The notes beneath the pieces were generated by a model. It was not told the DNA's origin and made no database searches. It saw only the letters and a list, made by a program, of their open reading frames with translations. DNA of 32,000 nt, taken from contig NC_020409.1 in the NCBI RefSeq assembly GCF_000341895.1, positions 1,080,001 to 1,112,000 of the forward strand, written 5' to 3'. Both the position numbers and the translations under genes were made by a program. The DNA comes from Pseudodesulfovibrio piezophilus C1TLV30. Its GTDB lineage: Bacteria > Desulfobacterota > Desulfovibrionia > Desulfovibrionales > Desulfovibrionaceae. Every line of letters starts with the position of its first letter. Position 1 is the first letter of the stretch. Of the stretch, positions 16,951-26,088 are shown piece after piece.

Positions 16951-17568
16951 TCACACGAGGATATCAACACCCATAAATGAAGAACCTCCCATGCCGAAGA
17001 TCACACCGCCGCCACAGAACAGGGCCGATGGAGGCAAGCTGGATTGAAACCACCAGGTCATGGCATCGGAATCAAGAGTCTGTTCTCTTTGTTTGGATGA
17101 AAGGGAGCGCTCGGCCACATCCACGAGTTTTCCGAGTTGTACCAGAGTATCGAACTCTTCAGAGACTTCTGCATCTGTGTCAAAATAAGCGTCAATGGCA
17201 GCTTTATCAGGATGATCACTCGACGCTGTGACAGAACCGGTTGTCGCATCAAATGAAAGGTGAAATGTTCGAGTCAAATCAACTCCCACAGCTTCCAGAC
17301 CCCGTGTAACCGTCATATCCCATTTCGACTCCAACGCCGTGCGATACTCGGATATATCGGTAAAAGAAAGTCTGTTGCCTGCTCTTTTTGGAATACCTTC
17401 GAGTAATCGACGAATATGATCACGAGAGGATTTTTTTGCCTCGCTGCCGGTCTCCTGCCTCCTTTTTGACAGCTCGGCATCAAGAGAAAATTCCGCCTCA
17501 TCATGGATCTTGCTCGGCTGCTTAAATGAGTACCCATACCCTTTATGTTCAATGGGTTGAGTCGACAT
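16951..17568 (-). CDS. Hypothetical protein (205 aa, acidic, Gly-rich hydrophobic C-terminal tail)
   Basis: The track ORF extends to 17910, but that extension overlaps the divergent gene. ATG 17568 (MSTQPIEHK) has GGGAGG 5-6 nt upstream. I recognise no family. Confidence 0.65.
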   Translation of the reverse strand: MSTQPIEHKGYGYSFKQPSKIHDEAEFSLDAELSKRRQETGSEAKKSSRDHIRRLLEGIPKRAGNRLSFTDISEYRTALESKWDMTVTRGLEAVGVDLTRTFHLSFDATTGSVTASSDHPDKAAIDAYFDTDAEVSEEFDTLVQLGKLVDVAERSLSSKQREQTLDSDAMTWWFQSSLPPSALFCGGGVIFGMGGSSFMGVDILV

Positions 17569-17721
17569 GGGAACCTCCCGCCATATGCGCGATTCCGTAC
17601 AGGACATTATAAGGCACTCATTTTGAAGCATGAAGCATACCAGATGCATTGCCTTCTGCCCGAAAACCGGGTTAAACTTGACCATAATCACCGTAAATCC
17701 TGACATCGGGAGGACGAGTCC

Positions 17722-18021
17722 ATGACCCAACAGACATTGATAATCAGGGGAATAGATGTCGGTATGATCAAAAATCGTAATGAAAGCAGAGTTGCAGAAC
17801 TTTTGCCCCAACTTATGGAAGAACATTATGTTGATTTCATTTTTGACCCCCTTGATATTCAGGATATTTATGCCCTGTCTCTCAATCTGATACCGGCCCA
17901 CTACGCCCAAAAGGGGTCAATCGTTCTCTCCGATCGTCTCTCTGATTTCGAAATACGAAGCAGAATACGCGATGCCATCGAAAGAGTCCTCGACAACCCC
18001 ACCAGGGCTGATCGTTCATAA
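17722..18021 (+). CDS. ComFB-like protein (99 aa)
   Basis: GGGAGG lies 8 nt upstream of the ATG. NRNESRVAELLPQLMEEHYVDFIFDPLDIQDIYALSLNLIPAHYAQ follows the ComFB family pattern (N..E..V.ELL......DI.ALALN.LPP.Y). It lacks the Cys residues of the Bacillus prototype. Confidence 0.5.
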   Translation: MTQQTLIIRGIDVGMIKNRNESRVAELLPQLMEEHYVDFIFDPLDIQDIYALSLNLIPAHYAQKGSIVLSDRLSDFEIRSRIRDAIERVLDNPTRADRS

Positions 18022-18056
18022 AAGACAATGTTTTTTTGGTGACAGGGTAAAGAAGA

Positions 18057-18090
18057 AGCCCCGGCAAACGGATTTCCGTTTGCCGGGGCT
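18057..18090. terminator. Terminator hairpin between the convergent ComFB-like and RND genes
   Basis: Perfect 15-bp stem AGCCCCGGCAAACGG-attt-CCGTTTGCCGGGGCT. The T-rich flank is on the minus-strand side. Confidence 0.7.
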
Positions 18091-18113
18091 AATATCATGC
18101 ATGTGACGATCTG

Positions 18114-21100
18114 CTATTCTGTCATATTCCCAACTTTCTCCATGCGGATGACAAACATCAGCAATGCCGGGATCACGAACACCGTGAAGATCGTGGAAAG
18201 GGCCAGACCACCAAGAACAACAGCACCGAGTCCTCTATACAGTTCGGAGCCGGGACCAGGGGCAATGGCCAGAGGGAGCATTCCAAAAACCGACGTGGCC
18301 GCAGACATGTAGATAGGACGGAGTCGGGTTCGTGTGGCTTCAAGAATAGCCGCCTTGTGCTCCATACCATGTTCCCTGATATTGCCCAACGACTGGTGAA
18401 CAATCAAAATAGCATTATTCACCACCACACCGATAAGAATGACAAAACCAAGCATTGTCAGGATATCAAGAGGTTGTTGGGCTATGAAGACATTCTCCAG
18501 CTTCAATCCGAGAAATCCTCCAGCACCGGCAAGCGGTACGGTAAAGAGAATGATCAGCGGATAAATGAAATTGCCGAAAAGTGCAGACATCAACAGATAC
18601 GTGATGACAATGGCCAACAGGAAGTTCCACTGCAACGCATTTCTGGTCACGGTCAACTTATCCGCTGCACCGGAAAGACGCACGGTCAAACCATCCAGCA
18701 AACCCATCTGCCGAACTTCGGGGATCAACTTGTTCTGAATCGTCTCCATGGCCAACTGCAGAGGCATATCCTTGGGTGGCGTCACCTGAAGAGAAATCGT
18801 CCGCTGTCTTTCCAGATGACGAATCTGATTCATCGAGTTCGTCCTCTGAAGCTTGGCCAGCGACGAAACCGGGACAGCCCATCCCTGCGGAACAGCAACC
18901 AGTGACGAGTACAGTTCTTCAGGCGTTGAGATATCCTTGTTCGAGCCTTTCAGGATCAAATCGATTTTCTTTTTCCCCTCTTCCTTGAAGTCGCCAATCG
19001 TGCGTCCGTCCAAAATGACATCCACAGCCACACCAAGGTCCTTAGTAGACAATCCGGCCGCACGAACTCGATCCCGATCAGGGATCAAACGCACCTCGGG
19101 ATACAGTAACTCGAGAGAGGGCACAGGGCGTATCTGTGAATTGGGAATCTCCTGCATCGCCATACCGAACATGGTTCCGGCTGCAGCCACAATGGGTTCC
19201 AACTCAGGACCGGAGATGTCAACATCGATCACTCGTCCCTTGCCCAGTCCCTGCTCAAATATCGATGCCTGAATGGACACACCGAACATGCCGGGAATTG
19301 AATTAAGCAGCCGATTGAAGAACGGAGTCAATTCGCCAGCCCGCTGTTCATCACCGGAGATGGCACCAAAAAGGTTGATGGTCGGCGCGGAAACAAAGAA
19401 CATGTCCCGCACGCTGGGCAGCCCATCAACTTCTTTTCCGAAGAGTTCCTTCGTATCATTGAAGACATGTTTGCCGATATCAAGCCGTTCCTCGTACGAA
19501 AGGCCTGGCGGCGGAATCAATATGGAGATGACAAGATTTCGATTGCCCTGCGGCAAATATTCCATCTTTGGAAAGAAGGCCCAGACCATGAGGATAGAGG
19601 CCAATGTCAAGCTGAGCACAGTCAGCAGGCGACTCCCCGTGCTGGAAATGCAACGGTCAAGCAGTGCCATGATCCCATTGGACATTTTACTTCCCAAGGT
19701 GGATAGGGGAGCAAGAAGACGTTTCAATAGAGATAAGGAGACCGGAGCACGAGGCCCACTCTCCTTTCCCCCGCTCCGCCTTTCCGCGATACCATAAAAC
19801 TGGCGCGCCAGCATGGGAATGACCAGAACGGAAACAAACAGGGACAAGGTAATGGCACAGGTCACCGCGATAGCGATATCCTTGAATAACTGCCCTGCTT
19901 CCTGTTCCATGAAAACAACAGGCAGGAAAACTGCAACCGTCGTCAGAGTGGAGGCGAGCACCGCTCCCCAGACTTCACTGGCCCCGTCATATGCCGCAGC
20001 CAGCGCGTTTTTGCCCATACCTCGATGTCGGTCAATATTCTCAAGGACAACAATAGCATTATCCACGAGCATTCCAACAGCAAACGAGATACCAGCCATG
20101 GAGATGACATTCAGCGATCGCCCGGCAGCTGCAAAAATGATGAAAGCCCCAATAATCGAAACCGGAATGGAAACAGCAACAATAATGGTCGCAGAAATCG
20201 ATTGCAGAAAGACAAAAAGCACAACAATGGCCAGGATTGATCCAATAATGATATTTTCCTGAACCAAATCGATGGCCCCATTGATATATGGACGCTGATC
20301 ATACACCCAATCCAAGTGAATGCCGTTGTCTTTGAGCTTCCCCTCGTTCAGTCCGTCCACGACTTTTTTCACGGCATCGGTCATTTCGATGACGTTGGCA
20401 CCGGATTCCGGTTTAACACCGATAGCCATGGCAGAATCACCGTTGTGCAGCATAGCCACAGTGGCTTTTTCATTTCCCCGCTGAACGGATGCTACATCCC
20501 CAAGGGTAAACCGATATTCACCTGACGAGGATAACACGAGGGACTCCATTTCCTCTTCGGATTTGAACTCGGCAGGAGTCCGAATCCGGTAGTCCCTACG
20601 CCCAACACCAAGCGATCCGGCTGAAACGGAGATATTTTCGTTCTGAAGAATTTCGATCAACTGGGGGATGGTCATATTGTAGGCAGCGAGGCGCACCGGA
20701 TCAACGATGATCTGCATCTCATTTTCCCGACCACCACCGACGAAAAGATCGGCAACTCCCTTGATGCGTTCCAGATATTGACGGATATCATTTTCAAAGT
20801 ACGTCCTGTATGTCTGGACCTCCCTGTCATTGCCCGGCAACGTTTTGAGGATCATCCAGATGACCGGAGAAGTTGAAGCTCCTGTGGCCGAGACAATAGG
20901 CCTATCGGCATTATCCGGGTATTCCGGCACTTCATCCAGCTTGTTCGACACACGCAGCAAAGCGGAATCGATATCTGTCCCGATTTCAAATTTCAGGGAG
21001 AGTTCTGCCAGACTATTAAAGCTCGAACTTTCCATTTCGATGAGACCGGGTATCCCCTTGAGCACCTTTTCCTGCTCCTCCACAATATCGCGTTCGATCT

Positions 21101-21272
21101 CAAATGGAGTTGCTCCGGTCCAATTGGTGGAGACTGTAATGATCGGTTCCGTGACATTGGGAGAGAGCTGATACGGTAGTGTGGCAAGAGCAATGGTGCC
21201 GAACATGACCACAAGGATGACACCCACAAGGACGGCAACCGGCTTCTCGATTGAGGCTTTAACTATATCCAT
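18114..21272 (-). CDS. RND efflux transporter permease (AcrB/HAE family)
   Basis: 1052 aa with a 12-TM architecture and two large periplasmic loops. The N-terminus is typical: IEKPVAVLVGVILVVMFGTIALATLP. It directly follows the adaptor gene. Confidence 0.93.
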   Translation of the reverse strand: MDIVKASIEKPVAVLVGVILVVMFGTIALATLPYQLSPNVTEPIITVSTNWTGATPFEIERDIVEEQEKVLKGIPGLIEMESSSFNSLAELSLKFEIGTDIDSALLRVSNKLDEVPEYPDNADRPIVSATGASTSPVIWMILKTLPGNDREVQTYRTYFENDIRQYLERIKGVADLFVGGGRENEMQIIVDPVRLAAYNMTIPQLIEILQNENISVSAGSLGVGRRDYRIRTPAEFKSEEEMESLVLSSSGEYRFTLGDVASVQRGNEKATVAMLHNGDSAMAIGVKPESGANVIEMTDAVKKVVDGLNEGKLKDNGIHLDWVYDQRPYINGAIDLVQENIIIGSILAIVVLFVFLQSISATIIVAVSIPVSIIGAFIIFAAAGRSLNVISMAGISFAVGMLVDNAIVVLENIDRHRGMGKNALAAAYDGASEVWGAVLASTLTTVAVFLPVVFMEQEAGQLFKDIAIAVTCAITLSLFVSVLVIPMLARQFYGIAERRSGGKESGPRAPVSLSLLKRLLAPLSTLGSKMSNGIMALLDRCISSTGSRLLTVLSLTLASILMVWAFFPKMEYLPQGNRNLVISILIPPPGLSYEERLDIGKHVFNDTKELFGKEVDGLPSVRDMFFVSAPTINLFGAISGDEQRAGELTPFFNRLLNSIPGMFGVSIQASIFEQGLGKGRVIDVDISGPELEPIVAAAGTMFGMAMQEIPNSQIRPVPSLELLYPEVRLIPDRDRVRAAGLSTKDLGVAVDVILDGRTIGDFKEEGKKKIDLILKGSNKDISTPEELYSSLVAVPQGWAVPVSSLAKLQRTNSMNQIRHLERQRTISLQVTPPKDMPLQLAMETIQNKLIPEVRQMGLLDGLTVRLSGAADKLTVTRNALQWNFLLAIVITYLLMSALFGNFIYPLIILFTVPLAGAGGFLGLKLENVFIAQQPLDILTMLGFVILIGVVVNNAILIVHQSLGNIREHGMEHKAAILEATRTRLRPIYMSAATSVFGMLPLAIAPGPGSELYRGLGAVVLGGLALSTIFTVFVIPALLMFVIRMEKVGNMTE

Positions 21273-22355
21273 CTATGATCCCTGCTGAATCTTGTCATTC
21301 TGAGGCTGGGCAGCAACGGGTTGCCCAGGGCGAAGGCGCTCATTCCCTTTAACGACGATGTCCATGCCTTCCTGGAGCTTCTCGGATTTGACGCCTGCGA
21401 AAAGCCCCCGAAATCCGACAACGTAGACAGGGATTGGCGTGGCTTTACCATCAAGAACAGCCCAGACGACCTGCTGTCCCTGTGCGGAAATAACTGCATC
21501 TCTTGAAACAATCATGGTCTCTCCGCCCAATCCTCGCGGCAGGCTGACTCGAGCTTCCATACCTTCTGCCAAAGAACCATTGTTATCCACACGAATTTTA
21601 ACCGGGAAAGTCCGTGTTGCGACGTCCCCCTTGGGGACCACTGCAAAAACTTCACCCGGCAATTCACCACCAGACACCTTGACCCCGACTTTCAGTCCTG
21701 GCTTGACCACACCGAATGCTTCCTTGGGAGCGTTCACAACCACTTCATATTCATCATCACGAGCGGTTACGACAACAACGGACCCAACAGACATCCATTC
21801 GCCACGGTTGGCCTTCACATCAATAACAACGCCATCATAGGGAGCACGAATACGTTTTTTCTCCGCTTCTTCCTGAAGCTGGGCCAAGGTCGCCTGGCGG
21901 GCTTCGTATTGATATTGCAATGCATCCGCAGTCAGACGTTTGGAGTCAAACTCCCCTTCGGCAACGGAACGAGTTTTGAACAGGGCAGACACCCGTTCGT
22001 GTTCCAATTGGGCGGACTCGAAGTCTGCCTTGGCCTGAAGCGCCAGGGCTCGGGCGTTGCGGATAGTTTTTTCCAGCAGCGAAGAGGAAAGAACGACCAT
22101 AACGTCCCCTTTGCTGACACGCTGACCATCCGTCACCTTGATATCAACGACCTTGCCTGTGACTTCTGATGCCACATTTGAAATCTCCGTAAAATACACT
22201 GTACCGATAAACTCTGACTGAGGAGCCATATCGCCCTTCGTGACCTTGGATACAACAACCGGAGACGGAGGACGGCCTCCATCCTGAGCCAGTGCGGGCA
22301 CAGCCATGCACAGCACTGCCAGAGTAATGAAAAGAGGCTTTAGTATTGAATTCAT
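21273..22355 (-). CDS. RND efflux periplasmic adaptor subunit (MFP/HlyD-like)
   Basis: Has a signal peptide and a lipoyl-like segment VTGKVVDIKVTDGQRVSKGDVMVVL. A coiled-coil hairpin is followed by RAPYDGVV. Confidence 0.9.
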   Translation of the reverse strand: MNSILKPLFITLAVLCMAVPALAQDGGRPPSPVVVSKVTKGDMAPQSEFIGTVYFTEISNVASEVTGKVVDIKVTDGQRVSKGDVMVVLSSSLLEKTIRNARALALQAKADFESAQLEHERVSALFKTRSVAEGEFDSKRLTADALQYQYEARQATLAQLQEEAEKKRIRAPYDGVVIDVKANRGEWMSVGSVVVVTARDDEYEVVVNAPKEAFGVVKPGLKVGVKVSGGELPGEVFAVVPKGDVATRTFPVKIRVDNNGSLAEGMEARVSLPRGLGGETMIVSRDAVISAQGQQVVWAVLDGKATPIPVYVVGFRGLFAGVKSEKLQEGMDIVVKGNERLRPGQPVAAQPQNDKIQQGS

Positions 22356-22843
22356 GATCTTTCTCTCGAATCTTTTATATGTTCAGGACAGATGGAATCC
22401 GCTTCCAGGGTCGGTTCGATAATCTGCCATAGGACTCGCATGCAGATCGCGAGATCGTCTTCGTCAATATGGTCGACAAGATCCTCACGGCTGGCCACGG
22501 CCAAATCCAATGAGGAATCCACCAACTCTCTTCCCGCTTTGGTTATGAAAAGGAATTTAACCCTTCGGTCTTCCTTGCAGGATTCCCGTCTGACAAAACC
22601 ATGCTTTTCCAGGGCTGCAACCAAACGGCAAACGCCTGTCTTTTCCTGCGACATCAAATCACAAAGCGTGCCTTGAGAAAGCCCATCCTTCTTATATAAG
22701 GGAATCAGAGCCCGCCACTGCTCCACTGTGACATCTATGTCACTTTTCGCAAAACGGGCAGCCAATTCCCGCGTTGCCAGGCGAGAGACTTTCCATGTCA
22801 AAAATCCCAAGGAGTCCCTTGGATTGAAGTGCTTGATAGACAT
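22352..22843 (-). CDS. MarR-family transcriptional regulator
   Basis: The winged-HTH segment is LSQGTLCDLMSQEKTGVCRLVAALEKHGFVRRESCKEDRRVKFLFITKAGREL. Its stop overlaps the adaptor gene start (ATGA). The track ORF to 23434 overlaps the helicase gene, so I moved the start to ATG 22843. ATG 22906 is also possible. Confidence 0.85.
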   Translation of the reverse strand: MSIKHFNPRDSLGFLTWKVSRLATRELAARFAKSDIDVTVEQWRALIPLYKKDGLSQGTLCDLMSQEKTGVCRLVAALEKHGFVRRESCKEDRRVKFLFITKAGRELVDSSLDLAVASREDLVDHIDEDDLAICMRVLWQIIEPTLEADSICPEHIKDSRERS

Positions 22844-22900
22844 CGGATGGTTGTATGTGCAACGAAACTTGGGGTCAACCACTTTTTCGCACTCCACGAC

Positions 22901-22929
22901 TTGCATTAATGGGAGTATGGCTTTACTGT
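22901..22929 (+). promoter_or_regulatory. Sigma70-like promoter (TTGCAT-N17-TACTGT) placed for a leaderless helicase mRNA
   Basis: The -10 ends at 22929. The A of ATG 22937 is 8 nt downstream. There is no purine-rich SD in between (cccgcct). Confidence 0.3.
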
Positions 22930-22936
22930 CCCGCCT

Positions 22937-25900
22937 ATGGAACGATTTACTGCAGACCTGCACATACATTCCCGTTTTTCCAGGGCGACAAGCAAGACCC
23001 TCACTATACGAAGCCTTGCCGCATGGGGCCGAATCAAGGGACTTAATGTCCTCGGCACCGGGGATTTCACCCATCCTGAGTGGCTTGCAGAGATTGATGA
23101 ACAGCTTGTGGACAAAGGGGACGGTCTTCTTGTCCTGCGAGATGATACAGGACTGGAAAAAGAAATTCCAACCTTCGAAGGAAACATCCCCGGCCGTACA
23201 CGGTTCATGCTTCAAACCGAAATCAGCTCCATCTACAAGCGCGGCGGCAAAGTCCGCAAAGTCCATAACCTTGTATACATGCCCAATCTTGATGCTGTTC
23301 GACGCTTCAATCAAAAATTGGGCGAAGTCGGCAACCTGTTGTCGGACGGTCGCCCTATCCTCGGTTTGGATTGCCGCGATCTGATGGACATGGTCCTTGA
23401 ATGCGACCCTCAGGCATTTCTCGTTCCTGCCCACATCTGGACACCATGGTTCTCACTTTTCGGTTCCAAATCAGGATTCGACTCCATTAGGGAATGCTAT
23501 GGAGACTATGCCCAGGAAATCTTCGCCATGGAGACTGGGCTGTCATCGGACCCTGAAATGAACTGGACATGGAGTGAATTGGACAGGATCAAACTCATTT
23601 CGAATTCCGATGCTCACTCCGGTGAAAAGCTCGGCCGCGAGGCGAATTTTTTCCGTGGAGAGGTCTCATATGAAGGCATCTATCGAGCACTCAGAAGTGA
23701 AGGGTTAGGTCATAAATTTCTCGGCACTGTCGAATTTTTCCCCGAAGAAGGGAAATATCACATGGATGGGCATCGAAAATGCGGTGTGCTTATGGACCCG
23801 CATGAAACCATAGCACGCGGTGGCATGTGCCCAGTCTGCGGCAAACCCGTGACTGTCGGCGTATATAACAGAATTCTAGAACTGGCGGATCGCCAGGAGC
23901 CGCTCAAGCCAGCCGGAGCCGCAAATTTTGTCTCGCTGATTCCGCTCAAGGAAGTCCTGTCTGAAGTCGTGGGGGTCGGTCCCAACTCCAAGAAAGTGAA
24001 CACCTTGTATATGCGACTCATCAGGGAATTCGGCAATGAGCTGGATATTCTGCAACGAGTCCCACCCGAAGATTTGAATAAATACTCCTGCTCCCTGGGC
24101 GAAGGCATTACCCGCATGCGAGATGGAAACGTCATCCGCAAACCGGGGTTTGACGGCGAATTCGGCGTCATCTCGGTCTTCACCGATAAGGAACGGGCTG
24201 AAATAAAGAACGGAGCCACGCTCATTTCCATCCCGCAAAAGAAAAAAGATACTCCAAGAGAAGAAGCACCCATGACGTGTGTCCCAATGGGCAAGGCTGC
24301 CAGTAAGGACAAGCCTCTTTCTTTCAACAAGGCTCAACAGAAAGCCATCAAGGCTGGTCCTGGCCCTGTTCTGGTCCTTGCCGGGCCTGGAACCGGCAAG
24401 ACACAAACCCTCATGGGACGAGTGGCGCACCTGATCGACAAGGGAGAAGCTCCCCTGCGAATTCTCGCTCTGACTTTCACCAGAAGGGCAGCTCAGGAAA
24501 TGCGCGATCGCATGAAGGAACTCCGTGGAAATAGTGCAGAAATGCCACAAGCTGGAACGCTCCACGCCCTCTGCTTTGATTACTGGAAGCACGCCTATAA
24601 TGAAACGCCAATCGTACTGCCTGAATCCGCCGCCAAAAAACTCTTTGCCGACGTGAATCCGGAATTCTCAGGAAAGAATCTCGACTACCACTGGAATAGA
24701 TATAATCTCGGGCGAGAGCAACTGACCGATATCCCCGAAGACCTTGCCGATGCCCATATCAACTACGGAAATCAAAAAAACCACTGGGATTTGGTGGACT
24801 ATACCGATCTCCTGGAATTCATGCTGGAGCAGTCGGGCGCACCCACTTTCAAGCTGCCCTACCGCCATGTTCTGGTAGACGAAGTACAAGACCTCACCCC
24901 TTTGCAACTCGCTGTAATTCGTGGAATAGCTGGAGAATCAGGCAAAGGGGTCTTCTGCATCGGCGACCCCAAACAATCCATCTATGGATTCCGAGGCGCA
25001 GCAGGTGATGTTGCAAAGCGGCTCACCCAAATATGGGGAAATATCAAGACAGTGACCCTGCTTGAAAACTATCGATCCGGACAAAATATCCTCGACGGAT
25101 CGACCATGCTCTTCCCTGATGAACCCAAGCTGCATTCCAACCTCGACATAGCAGGCACCATACATTTTTTTGAAGCCCCGGATGGCGTTCGTGAAGCAAA
25201 CTGGATCAGCGACAAGATAAAAGAATTGATCGGGACAACCAGCCATTCACTTGCCGACTCAGAAGGCCATGGAGAACTTGCTCCGGGAGATATCGCGGTA
25301 CTGGTCCGCTTCAAGGCTTTGATCCCGTCCATTGACAAGGCACTCAAACGAGCTGGAATTCCCTGCTCAACACCGGAATTGGACGGCTTCTGGCAAGAGC
25401 CAAGGGTAGCATCGCTCCTACGAGCTGCTCAGAGATTTCTCGGTATGGCTCTGGATGCTCCGGACAGCGAGCTTGAAGATGTCACGGACAGCGATGCAGA
25501 CGACAAGAACGAACTTGTCAGCATCCCTGACCATATCCTTGCCAAAGGACCGGTAGGACTTGCCGCATACCTGGCAGAAACACCCCCCTTTGATCAATTT
25601 TTCTGGGAAAGTCGCCAGTTCAAAGAATTGAAACTGGAATTTGACCGACGTGGCGGCTGGCAAGGACTTGTCAACTGGGTCAGTCTCCAGACTGAATTGG
25701 AGTTAGTGCGCCGCTCAGCCGAAAAAGTCCAGATCATGACGCTGCATGCTTCCAAGGGGCTTGAATTCGATGCTGTTTTCATGCCCGCTTGCGAAGAAGG
25801 TATCCTTCCCTTTGCCGGAATGGACCTGCTGACAGCAAAAGTGACACTGACACCGGGACGAGGACAACGTTTCCCGGAAGAACGGCGTCTCATGTACGTC

Positions 25901-26083
25901 GGCATGACGCGGGCAAAACGAACCCTGTATATCAGCCGGGCCGAGCAGAGACAAATATACGGCAGAACCCTGCACCTTCCACCCTCCAGATATCTCAGGG
26001 AAATCCCCGAAGGATTGGTGACTCATTCCACCTTGGCCGCAAAAAAGGTTACCAAGGAAAAACAGCTTGGGTTGCTTGATTAA
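22937..26083 (+). CDS. EndoQ-like PHP/Zn-ribbon nuclease domain fused to a UvrD/PcrA-type SF1 helicase
   Basis: The N-terminus has ADLHIHSRFSRATS (PHP H-x-H), NSDAHS and a zinc ribbon HRKC...CPVCGKP. This resembles the EndoQ / TIGR00375 / COG1379 type. The C-terminal 600 aa carry all the SF1 motifs. Motif I is LAGPGTGKTQTL, Ia is ALTFTRRAAQEM, II is VLVDEVQD and III is IGDPKQSIYGFRGA. Motif IV is ENYRSGQNIL, V is TLHASKGLEFDAVF and VI is MYVGMTRAKRTLYIS. Confidence 0.9.
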   Translation: MERFTADLHIHSRFSRATSKTLTIRSLAAWGRIKGLNVLGTGDFTHPEWLAEIDEQLVDKGDGLLVLRDDTGLEKEIPTFEGNIPGRTRFMLQTEISSIYKRGGKVRKVHNLVYMPNLDAVRRFNQKLGEVGNLLSDGRPILGLDCRDLMDMVLECDPQAFLVPAHIWTPWFSLFGSKSGFDSIRECYGDYAQEIFAMETGLSSDPEMNWTWSELDRIKLISNSDAHSGEKLGREANFFRGEVSYEGIYRALRSEGLGHKFLGTVEFFPEEGKYHMDGHRKCGVLMDPHETIARGGMCPVCGKPVTVGVYNRILELADRQEPLKPAGAANFVSLIPLKEVLSEVVGVGPNSKKVNTLYMRLIREFGNELDILQRVPPEDLNKYSCSLGEGITRMRDGNVIRKPGFDGEFGVISVFTDKERAEIKNGATLISIPQKKKDTPREEAPMTCVPMGKAASKDKPLSFNKAQQKAIKAGPGPVLVLAGPGTGKTQTLMGRVAHLIDKGEAPLRILALTFTRRAAQEMRDRMKELRGNSAEMPQAGTLHALCFDYWKHAYNETPIVLPESAAKKLFADVNPEFSGKNLDYHWNRYNLGREQLTDIPEDLADAHINYGNQKNHWDLVDYTDLLEFMLEQSGAPTFKLPYRHVLVDEVQDLTPLQLAVIRGIAGESGKGVFCIGDPKQSIYGFRGAAGDVAKRLTQIWGNIKTVTLLENYRSGQNILDGSTMLFPDEPKLHSNLDIAGTIHFFEAPDGVREANWISDKIKELIGTTSHSLADSEGHGELAPGDIAVLVRFKALIPSIDKALKRAGIPCSTPELDGFWQEPRVASLLRAAQRFLGMALDAPDSELEDVTDSDADDKNELVSIPDHILAKGPVGLAAYLAETPPFDQFFWESRQFKELKLEFDRRGGWQGLVNWVSLQTELELVRRSAEKVQIMTLHASKGLEFDAVFMPACEEGILPFAGMDLLTAKVTLTPGRGQRFPEERRLMYVGMTRAKRTLYISRAEQRQIYGRTLHLPPSRYLREIPEGLVTHSTLAAKKVTKEKQLGLLD

Positions 26084-26088
26084 GACGG

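Noticed and set aside
17569-17910. Long form (319 aa) of the 16951.. minus ORF
   Set aside because: The extension overlaps the divergent ComFB-like gene and its SD. The internal ATG 17568 has a GGGAGG ribosome-binding site.
22844-23434. Long form (360 aa) of the MarR ORF
   Set aside because: The extra 197 codons are antisense to the well-supported EndoQ-UvrD gene and have no motifs. The MarR winged-helix domain is complete from ATG 22843.
23758-24592. 190-aa and 238-aa minus ORFs inside the helicase gene. Similar long antisense ORFs occur in the RND gene (18357..18905, 19273..19797, 19813..20262) and the MFP gene (21439..21840)
   Set aside because: They are antisense to genes with complete motif sets. 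Their Ser/Arg/Pro-rich compositions are typical of shadow frames in GC-balanced DNA.
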